From assembly GCA_048538275.1 (NCBI GenBank), contig JBLYPW010000002.1, positions 103,927 to 167,926 of the forward strand: a stretch of 64,000 bases of DNA, written 5' to 3'. Shown here in pieces: positions 47,918-57,926 of the stretch; within the stretch, counting starts at the first letter, position 1; each line of letters begins with the position of its first letter. The DNA comes from Candidatus Komeilibacteria bacterium (GTDB lineage Bacteria > Patescibacteriota > Patescibacteriia > UBA1558). The notes beneath the pieces were generated by a model, which searched no databases, was not told where the DNA came from, and was given only the letters and a program-made list of their open reading frames with translations. A program made the translations under genes and the position numbers.

Positions 47918-48086
47918 AGAGGGTCATCAGTCAGGATAGGTTTTAAGTCTATAAGTTATATTTTTCATGGGATATTTATGAATCTATAGATTTTAAACTT
48001 ATAAACCATATCGTGTATTAGCAATTATTTTGTGCGCATTGATAGGCCTGATACTGATTTTTTCTTAATACTACTTTTGATAAAAA

Positions 48087-48125
48087 AACACCGTCTTGGC
48101 TGATAGGGAGGCGGTGTTTTGTTTA
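48087..48125. terminator. bidirectional terminator between dnaJ (+) and cysS (-)
   Basis: aaaaaacaccg...cggtgttttgttt. Confidence 0.5.
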
Positions 48126-48134
48126 TATGATTTT

Positions 48135-49517
48135 TTACTTGGGTAGGATAGTATATGAATTACCGTCGTCTTGGACAATAAAACCATCTTTTTCTATTTT
48201 TTTACGTAACTTGTCGGCTGCTGCGAAATCTTTATTTTGCTTGGCTTGCCATCTAGCCCTGGCCAATTTTTGTATTAAAGCCGGGATAGTTGGTAGTTTT
48301 GCGATTTGTAGGCCCAGCCCAAACACTTTGTCAAAATTCAAAGCTGTCGCTCTTTTTATAGCTGGTGATATAGTATTATCTTTCAACATATCCCACAGCA
48401 CAGAAAGGGCGCTTGGTATGTTTAAATCATTATTGATAGCTTGCTTAAATTTGTCCCGCCATTGTTGATTGGGACGAACAGGTCGCTTGGGTAAGCTAGC
48501 TATCAAGTAAAGTAATTTTTGATAGGCTTTGTCAGCCGCACCTAGTGCTTCCCAAGAGAATTCAATACGTTTGGCATAATGTGTTTGCAAGAGTAAATAG
48601 CGGAAAGCCAGTGGAGAGATGCCCTTTTTAGCAATGTCGTCCATGGTCAATGTTTTGCCACCTGATTTTGCCATTTTATTTTGACCAATTTGTAAGAATT
48701 CATAATGTATCCAATGATGAGCCAAATATTCTCCAGTTAGCGCTTCCGTTTGTGCAATTTCATTGGTGTGATGAATGGGTATGTGATCCACGCCGCCACT
48801 GTGTATGTCAAAATAGTCACCTAAAAATTTTGTTGCTATAACAGAACATTCCAAATGCCAGCCAGGAAAACCTTTGCCCCAAGGGGAGTTCCATTCCATA
48901 TCACGTTGGCTGTGAGCGGGAGAAAATTTCCAAACGGCAAAATCGGTAGGATGCTTTTTTTCTTTACTCATAGCTACTCGAGCGCCCGCTTTCAGGGTTT
49001 TAGCATCTTGTCCAGTGAGAATGCCATAGTCAGATAGTTTGCTGGTATCAAAATAAAGACCGTCACTGGTTTTATATAGCCAGCCATTATTATAAAGTTT
49101 TTTGACATAAGTTATTTGATCTTTGATTTGGCTGGTAGCGGTGACATATTTGGTGGGCGGTAGAATGTTTAGTTGGTGACAATAGTCTTTAAATATTTTG
49201 GTATAAAATCTAGCTATTTCCCAGGCGGATTTATGCTCTTGACGTTTAGCTTTTTCCATTTTATCTTCGCCGCTATCAGCATCGGAAGTCAGGTGGCCGA
49301 CATCGGTAATATTCATGATATGCTTTACTTGGTAGCCATTATAAATAAGGACGCGTTTTAAAAGGTCATTACAGACATAAGCACGCATATTACCAATATG
49401 AGGATAATCATAGACTGTTGGCCCGCACGAATAAAAACCCACGCGACCACGACGCAAGGGTATAAAATTCTCTTTTTTATGGGTAAGAGTATTATATAGT
49501 TGAAGATCAGTCAGCAT
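48135..49517 (-). CDS. cysS: cysteinyl-tRNA synthetase
   Basis: YSCGPTVYDYPHIGN (HIGH); KMAKSGG (KMSKS). Confidence 0.9.
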   Translation of the reverse strand: MLTDLQLYNTLTHKKENFIPLRRGRVGFYSCGPTVYDYPHIGNMRAYVCNDLLKRVLIYNGYQVKHIMNITDVGHLTSDADSGEDKMEKAKRQEHKSAWEIARFYTKIFKDYCHQLNILPPTKYVTATSQIKDQITYVKKLYNNGWLYKTSDGLYFDTSKLSDYGILTGQDAKTLKAGARVAMSKEKKHPTDFAVWKFSPAHSQRDMEWNSPWGKGFPGWHLECSVIATKFLGDYFDIHSGGVDHIPIHHTNEIAQTEALTGEYLAHHWIHYEFLQIGQNKMAKSGGKTLTMDDIAKKGISPLAFRYLLLQTHYAKRIEFSWEALGAADKAYQKLLYLIASLPKRPVRPNQQWRDKFKQAINNDLNIPSALSVLWDMLKDNTISPAIKRATALNFDKVFGLGLQIAKLPTIPALIQKLARARWQAKQNKDFAAADKLRKKIEKDGFIVQDDGNSYTILPK

Positions 49518-49535
49518 AGTATCGGTACAAGTGAT

Positions 49536-50471
49536 TTAGAGCCACTTTTTATGTTTGAAGTAGAAGAACATGACTATGGTGCCTAAAAACATTATGCCGA
49601 TTACATACCAAAAGTCATATGAGCTTTTCATAAAAGGCATGGCGGTTGTTGTGTTCATGCCAAAAATGGCTGCTAGCAAAGTTAAAGGAAAGACAATAAC
49701 AGAAAAAATGGTCAAAGTTTTCATAATGTCATTAAGGCGAAAAGATATTAAAGATTCATTAGTACTGCGCAGCGCCTCAATTGTTTCTTTCTGATTATTT
49801 AAGATATCCCAGATATCTTTAGTTTGTTCTAGAATATTGGCATAATAGCTGTCTATGCTGGAGGGTATAAAGTACTTGGTATTTTTGGCTATGAGTTTGC
49901 GGATAACATTTTTATGTGCTTGCATGATTTTTCTGAAGTTTACAATATTGCGTTTAATGATCAATATTTCTTTGACCATTTCTTTTTCAAAGCCTTTAAA
50001 TATGCCTTGCTCCAAAAAATTTATGTCATCGTTTATGTGATCAAGCATGGGAAAGCAATATTCTTGCAAGCGATTGAGCACTTCATAAAGTAATTTGGTG
50101 GGGTTGCCGTCCATATAGCGTTGTCGCATAGTATCGTTTAGCTGGCATTGTTCAAATAATTTTTCTATGGGTGGTAAACCATCCTTATTGATTGTGATCA
50201 AAAACTCTGGACCAATAAAGAAGTTTACTTCACCAGAAATTATTTCTTTGTCATTTCTTACATAAATAGGGAAAGTAAGAATCATGAAAATATAATCATT
50301 GTATTCATCTAGCTTGGGTCGTTGGCTAGGAGAGAGACAGTCATCAATATCCAAGGGATGAAAATTATAATTTTCCCTTAGGTATTCAGCTTCATCAGCG
50401 CCAAACTCGGTAAAGTTTAGCCAAGTTATACGACGTGTTTTTATTTTTTTCATAGCATCTAACATGTTCAA
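49536..50471 (-). CDS. corA: CorA-family Mg2+/Co2+ transporter
   Basis: C-terminal two TM helices with FGMNT (GMN motif). Confidence 0.8.
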   Translation of the reverse strand: MNMLDAMKKIKTRRITWLNFTEFGADEAEYLRENYNFHPLDIDDCLSPSQRPKLDEYNDYIFMILTFPIYVRNDKEIISGEVNFFIGPEFLITINKDGLPPIEKLFEQCQLNDTMRQRYMDGNPTKLLYEVLNRLQEYCFPMLDHINDDINFLEQGIFKGFEKEMVKEILIIKRNIVNFRKIMQAHKNVIRKLIAKNTKYFIPSSIDSYYANILEQTKDIWDILNNQKETIEALRSTNESLISFRLNDIMKTLTIFSVIVFPLTLLAAIFGMNTTTAMPFMKSSYDFWYVIGIMFLGTIVMFFYFKHKKWL

Positions 50472-50549
50472 ATTATAACATAAAATAATAGCTTCGTGAA
50501 CCTAGCCCTTATTATATCTTAAAGATTAGACAATTTTATGTTATAATTT
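50470..50549 (+). promoter_or_regulatory. 15-bp inverted repeat pair (AAATTATAACATAAA / TTTATGTTATAATTT) in a divergent promoter region
   Basis: exact reverse complements at 50470-50484 and 50535-50549. Confidence 0.45.
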
Positions 50550-50553
50550 AGCC

Positions 50554-51027
50554 ATGGAAACAAAAGCAAAAGGTATGGAAAAAATGCCAACTTCACCAAC
50601 AGAGCAATCGGGTGATAAAGTAGAGAAAGAGGTGACGGTAGACGAGGTTTTGGGTAAGACCGCTGAACACATTAATCAGTCGGCGGCTTCATTACCAGCT
50701 AATCTTCCGGTGGATGATCAATCACCAAAGACTATGGCGTCGGCTAAGCCCCTGGCTATTGTAGAAATAGAAGATATTTTGTCTGACGGTTTGGGCGAGT
50801 TTTATCAACAATTGAGCGTATCGGAAAAAGAGAATTTTAGAGTGAGTGGTGAAAAAACTGCCGTAGAGATAGACAGTCTTTTACAACAGGCAAAAGTTAA
50901 AATTAAGGAGATTATTAACCTTATTCGTGGATGGCTTCAGTCGGTGCCGGGATTAAATAAATTTTTTGTTGAACAATCAGCTAAAATTAAAGCTGATAAG
51001 ATTTTGATTAAAAGAGGACGACGTTAA
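50554..51027 (+). CDS. hypothetical protein
   Basis: 157-aa ORF directly upstream of the large ATPase. Confidence 0.45.
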   Translation: METKAKGMEKMPTSPTEQSGDKVEKEVTVDEVLGKTAEHINQSAASLPANLPVDDQSPKTMASAKPLAIVEIEDILSDGLGEFYQQLSVSEKENFRVSGEKTAVEIDSLLQQAKVKIKEIINLIRGWLQSVPGLNKFFVEQSAKIKADKILIKRGRR

Positions 51028-51041
51028 TATTATTTCAATTT

Positions 51042-53591
51042 ATGCTTGATCCCAATTATACACAGGCAGTGGTTACGACCAGTCAAATAGGGTGGTTTAT
51101 TTTTGTGACAGCGCTATTGCTATTCATAGTAGTTGTTTTTTGGTGGTGGCGTCGTCATTTACGCCTGCATCATATTGTGCCGTCTGAGTGGAAGCATGAT
51201 GTTTTAGAATTAACAGTTCCAAAGTTAAGGAGAAAAGATGGCCAGGATGAAAAGGTTGATAATACTCATGAGTTGGTTTCTTTGGCGGAAAATCTTTTTT
51301 CTACAGTAGGTGGTCTACAAGTGCAAAGCGGTTGGCAGGCTTGGTTGTATGGTCGTCAGGATACATTTGCTTTTGAGATAGTTGTCCAGGGAGGAATTAT
51401 TTATTTTTATGTATCTGTGCCACGGACAAACCGTGAATTTTTGGAACAGCAACTCAATTCCATATATCCGCATATTAATATAATGCCAGTAGAGGATTAT
51501 AATATTTTTCAGCCAAAAGGCGAGGTGGCGGCTGCCGCTATGCAATTGCAGAGAGAATATATTTTTCCCATCAAAACTTATAAACAGTTGGAAAATGATC
51601 CTTTAGGCATTATTACTAGCAGTCTTAGTAAAATTACAGATAAAGAGGGAGCGGCGGTGCAATTGGTTTTGCGTTCTTCACATCGGCGTTGGCATCGGCG
51701 GGGAACAGAGGTGGCTTCTTTGGTGCAACAGGGTAAAAGCATTTCCGAAGCTATGAAAAATGTTGGTTTTGGCTCTTGGTTTGGTAAATTGCTGGATATT
51801 ATTATAAATCTTATTAAGAGCGCTGGTAGTGGTCAGGAAAATAAAACCCCAGAGCCAGCTCATCAACTGACGCCTCAAGAGCAGGAGATGATTAAAGGGA
51901 TAGAACAGAAAAGCTCCAAAGCCGGTTTGGATGCTAATTTGCGAGTAGTTGTGTCGGCTCAGAATCAAGCCTTAGCGCAACAAAAATTGAATGATATCAT
52001 ACACGCTTATTCGCAATTTAATATTTATCAATATGGTAATGGTTTTAAGGCTTGGCAGCCACGGCGTCAAGCGAAGAAGGATAGTTTGATAGAGGATTTT
52101 ATTTATCGTAACTATGTTCAGTCAAGAGCTATGGTATTGAACACCGAAGAGGTCGTCAGTCTTTGGCATTTACCATTACCGACCAATGAAACACCCAATA
52201 TTAAGTGGCTAAAGGCCAGACAAGCAGCCCCGCCAGTTGATTTACCAACTGATGGGCTATTGTTAGGCATGAGCAAATATCGTGGCGTAGAACGGGAGGT
52301 TCGTATTCGTCGTTCGGATCGGCGTCGTCATATTTATGTCATCGGACAAACCGGTACTGGTAAATCCACTTTCTTAAAACATATGACGGCACAAGACATT
52401 GCTAATGGTGAAGGCTGTTGCGTGATAGATCCGCACGGTGATTTTGCTATTGATATGTTGGCTCAAATACCGCCGGAAAGAGCGGATGATGTGATTTATT
52501 TTAACCCCTTTGATGTTGAAAGGCCCTTGGCGCTTAATATGTTAGAACATAATACTCCGGAGCAGAAAACATTTGTTGTGAATGAATTGCTCTCTATTTT
52601 TGATAAATTATATGATTTAAAATCCACTGGTGGTCCTATGTTTGAAATGTATATGCGCAATGCCTTGCTTTTGATTATGGATGATCCGCAATCGGGTATG
52701 ACCTTGATGGAAGTACCAAGAATTTTGGCGGATCAAGAATTTCGTAATTATAAGCTAAATAAGTGCAAAACTCAGTCGGTGATTGATTTTTGGCGTAAAG
52801 AAGCGGAAAAGGCCGGAGGCGAAGCGGCGCTGGCTAATATTGTGCCTTATATTACCAGTAAGTTAACACCATTTATTGCCAATGATATTATGCGCCCAAT
52901 TATCGCTCAGCAGAAGAGTAGTTTTGATTTTCGTGATATCATGGACAATAAGAAAATTTTGATTTGTAATTTGAGTAAAGGAAAGCTGGGGGAGATTAAT
53001 AGTAATTTATTGGGCATGGTAGTCGTTGGTAAGATTTTATTAGCTGCCTTGTCGCGGGTTGACTTGGGGGAGCAAGAGCGATCGGATTTTTATATGTATA
53101 TAGATGAGTTTCAGAATTTTACCACCGATAGCATTGCCATTATATTGTCGGAAGCACGTAAGTATCGTTTGAATCTAAACATTGCTCATCAATATATTGG
53201 TCAGCTGGTCAAACATAATGACACCACTATTCGCGATGCGGTATTTGGTAATGTTGGTACGACCGTGGCCTTCCGCATTGGTGTGGATGACGCGGAAACT
53301 ATTACTAAACAGTTTGCGCCGGTATTTGATGAATACGATGTAGTCAATGTTCCTGCCAGGACCGCTTATATAAAGTTGATGGTAGACAATGCTAATCCGC
53401 CCGCCTTTAGTATTTCTACAATCCGTGAGCCGCAAGGCGATAAAAAAATTGCAGCCAAAGTAATAGAGTTATCTCGTCAAAAATATGGTCGTCCACGCGC
53501 CGATATAGAAAAAGAAATTTTACAGCGTAGTCAAAATGCGGGTCAGCCAGATTGGCTAGATCAATCACAAAATTCACCCACGGGGGATTAG
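51042..53591 (+). CDS. membrane-anchored P-loop ATPase, VirB4/TraD(TraG/VirD4)-like (AAA_10/DUF87-type)
   Basis: N-terminal TM; Walker A IGQTGTGKST around residue 440; Walker B MYIDEFQNF; 849 aa. Confidence 0.6.
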   Translation: MLDPNYTQAVVTTSQIGWFIFVTALLLFIVVVFWWWRRHLRLHHIVPSEWKHDVLELTVPKLRRKDGQDEKVDNTHELVSLAENLFSTVGGLQVQSGWQAWLYGRQDTFAFEIVVQGGIIYFYVSVPRTNREFLEQQLNSIYPHINIMPVEDYNIFQPKGEVAAAAMQLQREYIFPIKTYKQLENDPLGIITSSLSKITDKEGAAVQLVLRSSHRRWHRRGTEVASLVQQGKSISEAMKNVGFGSWFGKLLDIIINLIKSAGSGQENKTPEPAHQLTPQEQEMIKGIEQKSSKAGLDANLRVVVSAQNQALAQQKLNDIIHAYSQFNIYQYGNGFKAWQPRRQAKKDSLIEDFIYRNYVQSRAMVLNTEEVVSLWHLPLPTNETPNIKWLKARQAAPPVDLPTDGLLLGMSKYRGVEREVRIRRSDRRRHIYVIGQTGTGKSTFLKHMTAQDIANGEGCCVIDPHGDFAIDMLAQIPPERADDVIYFNPFDVERPLALNMLEHNTPEQKTFVVNELLSIFDKLYDLKSTGGPMFEMYMRNALLLIMDDPQSGMTLMEVPRILADQEFRNYKLNKCKTQSVIDFWRKEAEKAGGEAALANIVPYITSKLTPFIANDIMRPIIAQQKSSFDFRDIMDNKKILICNLSKGKLGEINSNLLGMVVVGKILLAALSRVDLGEQERSDFYMYIDEFQNFTTDSIAIILSEARKYRLNLNIAHQYIGQLVKHNDTTIRDAVFGNVGTTVAFRIGVDDAETITKQFAPVFDEYDVVNVPARTAYIKLMVDNANPPAFSISTIREPQGDKKIAAKVIELSRQKYGRPRADIEKEILQRSQNAGQPDWLDQSQNSPTGD

Positions 53592-53828
53592 TTGTGTAAA
53601 AGTTTGGGGTTCAATTGTGTGCAAGTGAATAAAATCGGCTAGCTAATTTGAATTTCTAAAGAGTAGTGGGATAAAATGGTAAAAATAGGCAATTTTTTGT
53701 GCCTTTTTTTATATAATTTTTTTGCTATAATATGAGTGCAAAATAAAAAGTTAGTATAAAAAGGGAAAAAATAAAAATAAAAAGTTAGGATTTTAAAATA
53801 AAAATCTAAAAAAATAAAAAATAAATTT

Positions 53829-54410
53829 ATGGACGAAGAAGAAAAAAAACAAAATCAATCCCCAGAAGTAGATGCGGAAGCATTGAGCGGTATCCAATTA
53901 ACGCTAGGTAAGATTGAGGAAGAATTGCAAAAAGTAAAATTAGAATTGGCCAAATCTGGTTTGGTGTCTGGCAAGAGTCAGGATTTTTCTGGTAAGCTAA
54001 AGGATCTCCAGATAACTGAAGATGATAATGAACAAATAGTAGAGGGTGTTTTTGATGGCCAACAAATGATAGGTCCCGACGGTAAGCAGTATTCTATTCC
54101 TGCCAATTATATTTCTAAATCAAAGTTGGTGGAAGGAGATATCTTGAAACTGAAAATAATGCCGGACGGGTCTTTTATTTATAAACAAATCGGACCGGTG
54201 GCACGTGAGCGGCGGGTAGGCAATCTGATAAAGGATGATCAGGGTGATTTTGCTGTAATGGTAGGTCAGCGTATGTATAAAGTGATTTTGGCGGCGGTTA
54301 CTTATTTTCATGGTAGTGAGGGCGATGAGGCTGTAATTCTTTTACCCAAGGATACGGAAAGTAAGTGGGCAGCCATTGAGAATGTTATAAAAAGCTCTAG
54401 TCCCCTGTAA
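53829..54410 (+). CDS. hypothetical protein (coiled-coil N-terminus)
   Basis: 193-aa ORF after a long A-rich spacer. Confidence 0.45.
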   Translation: MDEEEKKQNQSPEVDAEALSGIQLTLGKIEEELQKVKLELAKSGLVSGKSQDFSGKLKDLQITEDDNEQIVEGVFDGQQMIGPDGKQYSIPANYISKSKLVEGDILKLKIMPDGSFIYKQIGPVARERRVGNLIKDDQGDFAVMVGQRMYKVILAAVTYFHGSEGDEAVILLPKDTESKWAAIENVIKSSSPL

Positions 54411-54424
54411 AAGATAGGGCAAAG

Positions 54425-54457
54425 CGTCCCTCAGAGATTCTCTGAGGGCGTTTTTAT
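54425..54457 (+). terminator. intrinsic terminator
   Basis: cgtccctcagag-att-ctctgagggcg followed by T5. Confidence 0.7.
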
Positions 54458-54519
54458 TATTTATGTATAATTTTATTTTTTGTTATTTATCTGTTACAAT
54501 ATCTGGGTAAGACAAAAGC

Positions 54520-56175
54520 ATGAATCAATCACAATCAACTCTTTATAATAAATATAGGCCTCAGACATTTGCCGATGTGGTGGATCAAAATCATGTCAAA
54601 GTGACCTTGCAGAATGAATTGTCCCAAAATAAGACAACGCACGCTTATTTATTTACTGGAGCCAGGGGAGTGGGCAAGACTACTATTGCTAGACTTTTGG
54701 CTAAATCTTTGAATTGTCAGCAGCGTGCAGGTGACAATAATGAGCCTTGTAATAAATGTCAGTCTTGTAAAGATATAGCTGCTGGTCAGTCATTGGACCT
54801 GGTGGAGATTGATGCTGCTTCTCAAACTAAAGTAGAGCAAACACGAGAAAATATTATTGCCGCTTCCCGAGTATCAGCTACCGCCGGAAAAGTAAAAGTT
54901 TTTATTATTGATGAGGTGCATATGTTGTCCAGCGCTTCGTTCAATGCTTTACTTAAAACCTTAGAAGAGCCACCAGCTAAGGTGGTTTTTATTTTGGCCA
55001 CCACCGAGGTGCATAAAGTACCAGAAACCATTGTTTCTCGTTGCCAGCGTTTTGATTTTCATCGTTTGCCGGTGAAGGCTCTCACGGACTGGCTAGGTGA
55101 CATTTGTCGTCAGGAGAAAGTTGAAGTAGATAAAAAAGTATTACAAGCTATTGCCAAACAGGCCGAGGGAGGAGCACGCGATGCTTTAAGTTTACTGGGG
55201 CAGGTATTGGTCTTGTCTGATAAGCAGATAACTTTTGACCAAGCGTCATTGGTATTGCCGCGGTCTGATTTGAGTGTAGTGCAACAATTGGTGGACAATT
55301 TATTGGCCAAGCAAAGCAGTGAAGCGATTGATAATTTGAACAAAGCTTTGAATGAGGGTATGGATTTGCATCAGCTGGTTAAGGATTTATTAGAATATTT
55401 ACGTTGGGCCATGCTATATATCTTGTCTGGTCAAGAAAAGCAACTGATCAGGGAGCTAGATGCGGACATCCGTACCGATTTAGAAAGGCAGTGCGCTAAT
55501 GTGACTATTGAAAGTTTGGTTTTTATGATTGATATTTTATTAGAAAAATATCAACAGATTAAATATTCCACTATTCCCCAGCTGCCTATTGAGATGGCTT
55601 TTATTATCATTTGTCAGGAAAATGATGTATCGTCAGGTGATAATAGACCCTTACGTCCTAAGCAAGAACAGTCATCAGCTTCTCAGCAGCCGTCTATTGA
55701 AAAAGATTCTGCTCCGCCAGGCATTACTAAAATGTCAGTTGATGGAACAGAGCCGGCTTCGCAAGAGCCGGTTAAAAAAAGCCCAGTCAATAAATCGGGC
55801 AAGCCAGTAAGTTTAGCTGATATTGAGTCAGCCTGGAAAGATATATTAGCTGCTGTACGCGAGCATCATCAATCATTAGCTGCCTTTCTACAAGTAGCGC
55901 GGGCAGTTAGTTTAGTGAACGGTGTTTTGACTTTTGGTTTTCAGTATGATTTTCATAGGGAATTATTGGCGAATCCAGCCAATAGTAAAGTTTTACGTGA
56001 GATTATAGCTGATCAGTTGGGAGCGGTAGTTGATATAGTAGCTATTTTAGATGAAGATTATGATAAAAGACAGGTTTGGGAGGTCTATTTGCCCGGTAAT
56101 AATGGTGGATCTGATGACAATGATGATAGGGGTACCGAGGAGATAGAAGTTGACGTAGCCGCCGCTTTTGGTTAG
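54520..56175 (+). CDS. dnaX: DNA polymerase III subunit gamma/tau
   Basis: YLFTGARGVGKTT Walker A; CxxC zinc module (CNKCQSCKD); IIDEVHML. Confidence 0.9.
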   Translation: MNQSQSTLYNKYRPQTFADVVDQNHVKVTLQNELSQNKTTHAYLFTGARGVGKTTIARLLAKSLNCQQRAGDNNEPCNKCQSCKDIAAGQSLDLVEIDAASQTKVEQTRENIIAASRVSATAGKVKVFIIDEVHMLSSASFNALLKTLEEPPAKVVFILATTEVHKVPETIVSRCQRFDFHRLPVKALTDWLGDICRQEKVEVDKKVLQAIAKQAEGGARDALSLLGQVLVLSDKQITFDQASLVLPRSDLSVVQQLVDNLLAKQSSEAIDNLNKALNEGMDLHQLVKDLLEYLRWAMLYILSGQEKQLIRELDADIRTDLERQCANVTIESLVFMIDILLEKYQQIKYSTIPQLPIEMAFIIICQENDVSSGDNRPLRPKQEQSSASQQPSIEKDSAPPGITKMSVDGTEPASQEPVKKSPVNKSGKPVSLADIESAWKDILAAVREHHQSLAAFLQVARAVSLVNGVLTFGFQYDFHRELLANPANSKVLREIIADQLGAVVDIVAILDEDYDKRQVWEVYLPGNNGGSDDNDDRGTEEIEVDVAAAFG

Positions 56176-56196
56176 AATAGTTTTTGTTATTAATAT

Positions 56197-56270
56197 TCGG
56201 GGATCGTCTAATGGTAGGACAGCTGGTTCTGGTCCAGCCAATCGGGGTTCGAATCCCTGTCCCCGAGCCA
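56197..56270 (+). tRNA. tRNA-Gln (anticodon CTG)
   Basis: acceptor TCGGGGA/TCCCCGA; anticodon stem GCTGG/CCAGC with loop UUCUGGU; T-loop TTCGAAT. Confidence 0.8.
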
Positions 56271-56332
56271 TCAAGGAACTTTTGTGAAAGCAGAAGTTTT
56301 TTGTTTACCTTAAATAAGGTATACTAAATTAT

Positions 56333-57265
56333 ATGAACAATAAAGCTGTAATAATTTTAACCATCATTTCAATTTCATTATCACTGTTATTACTGTTTTT
56401 TTTATTAATAGGCATATATTGGTTTAAACGTGGAGATGCTTGTTTAACACAACCACCATATTTAAATTGTCATACCCAAAATAAGTTTGAGGAAATAGAT
56501 GCTGAATTTAATAATTTATCAGGACAAATATTAAGCCTAAATGAACCATCTATTTTTAGTATTGATAAAAATGAAGGCGTTTTTTCTTTTGACCATATAG
56601 GCGAAGATACTGATTTTGGAGTAGGCTGGACTAGGATAATGCAAAATGAAGAGATTAAAGATTCTTTAGGTTTTTACACATACTATATAGATCCTATTCT
56701 TACACCTTTAACAAAAGATACTTTGATTGGATCAGCTTGGCAATACCCACAAGATTCAAAACTATATAATGGACCATTTATTAATTATTATTTAGATTTT
56801 AAAACCAGAAAAACAGTTGAATTGCCGACTAAAGGCAGGATTATTTCCAAATCTCAAGATGGACAAAAAGTGGTTTTTCTGGAAAGCGCTTGCGACAAGG
56901 AACATATACCCGAACCAACAGCGGATTGCAATAATTTAGATTTGAGTTTGAGGATTATTGATCTAACGTCAGATTTAAATGGTATGATGATTAATCATTA
57001 TTACGCGATGAACCATTGGACAGACCAGGGACCACCCTATGTTAATTTTTTGGATTTTGGCAAACTTGTATTCTCACCCGACGGAAATAGGCTGGCAATG
57101 GAAATTAAAATTGAACAAATTGACTATGACACCCCGAGTGAATATTGGACTCTATTTATCGCTGATACTAAGACAGGAGAAATTATCAAACAGAACAACA
57201 GATTATCCAAGAGTGGATATGAATATATGTTTTGGTCAGATAATGAAAATGTGATTTATTGGTAA
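56333..57265 (+). CDS. hypothetical secreted/membrane-anchored protein (AT-rich)
   Basis: N-terminal TM; no recognisable motif. Confidence 0.45.
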   Translation: MNNKAVIILTIISISLSLLLLFFLLIGIYWFKRGDACLTQPPYLNCHTQNKFEEIDAEFNNLSGQILSLNEPSIFSIDKNEGVFSFDHIGEDTDFGVGWTRIMQNEEIKDSLGFYTYYIDPILTPLTKDTLIGSAWQYPQDSKLYNGPFINYYLDFKTRKTVELPTKGRIISKSQDGQKVVFLESACDKEHIPEPTADCNNLDLSLRIIDLTSDLNGMMINHYYAMNHWTDQGPPYVNFLDFGKLVFSPDGNRLAMEIKIEQIDYDTPSEYWTLFIADTKTGEIIKQNNRLSKSGYEYMFWSDNENVIYW

Positions 57266-57269
57266 ATTA

Positions 57270-57914
57270 ATGAAAAAGATAATAACTACTTTAATTATTC
57301 TAATTGTTATTTTATTGTTTTTTGTTTTTGCAATAAATATTCATATAAACAAAATTGGTAGTAATATGTGTGATTTGGATAATATAAATCAACAAGCCGC
57401 TTTAGTTTTGGGTGCTAAAGTTTGGAATAATGGTAACTTGAGCGATATTTTTAAAGATAGGATTAATACAGCTATTGATTTGTATAATAAGGGAGAAGTA
57501 GAAAAAATTTTAGTTAGCGGCGATCATGGTCAAACGGATTATGACGAAGTAAATACCGCTAAAGAGTATCTGTTAGACAATGGGGTAAGGTTAGAAGATA
57601 TTTTTTTAGATCATGCTGGGTTTGATACTTATGATAGTCTTTATCGCGCTCGAGATGTTTTTAAAGCCGAATCATTGGTTGTAGTTACACAAAACTTTCA
57701 TCTACCGCGAGCTTTATATATAAGTAACAAGTTAGGCTTGGATTCTTGTGGTGTAAGTGCTGATTTACATAAGTATTTAGGTGAAACCACTAGGAATAGA
57801 AGAGAAATTTTGGCAAAAGTAAAAGCTTGGTTAAATATTATTTTTAATTCAACCCCCAAATATTTAGGAGATAAAATTCCCTTGTCTGGTAGCGGTTTTA
57901 ATAGTTGGGATTAA
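57270..57914 (+). CDS. DUF218 (SanA/YdcF/ElyC-like) domain protein
   Basis: N-terminal TM; ALVLGAKVWNNG...ILVSGDHG pattern. Confidence 0.6.
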   Translation: MKKIITTLIILIVILLFFVFAINIHINKIGSNMCDLDNINQQAALVLGAKVWNNGNLSDIFKDRINTAIDLYNKGEVEKILVSGDHGQTDYDEVNTAKEYLLDNGVRLEDIFLDHAGFDTYDSLYRARDVFKAESLVVVTQNFHLPRALYISNKLGLDSCGVSADLHKYLGETTRNRREILAKVKAWLNIIFNSTPKYLGDKIPLSGSGFNSWD

Positions 57915-57926
57915 TGAAATGATTAT

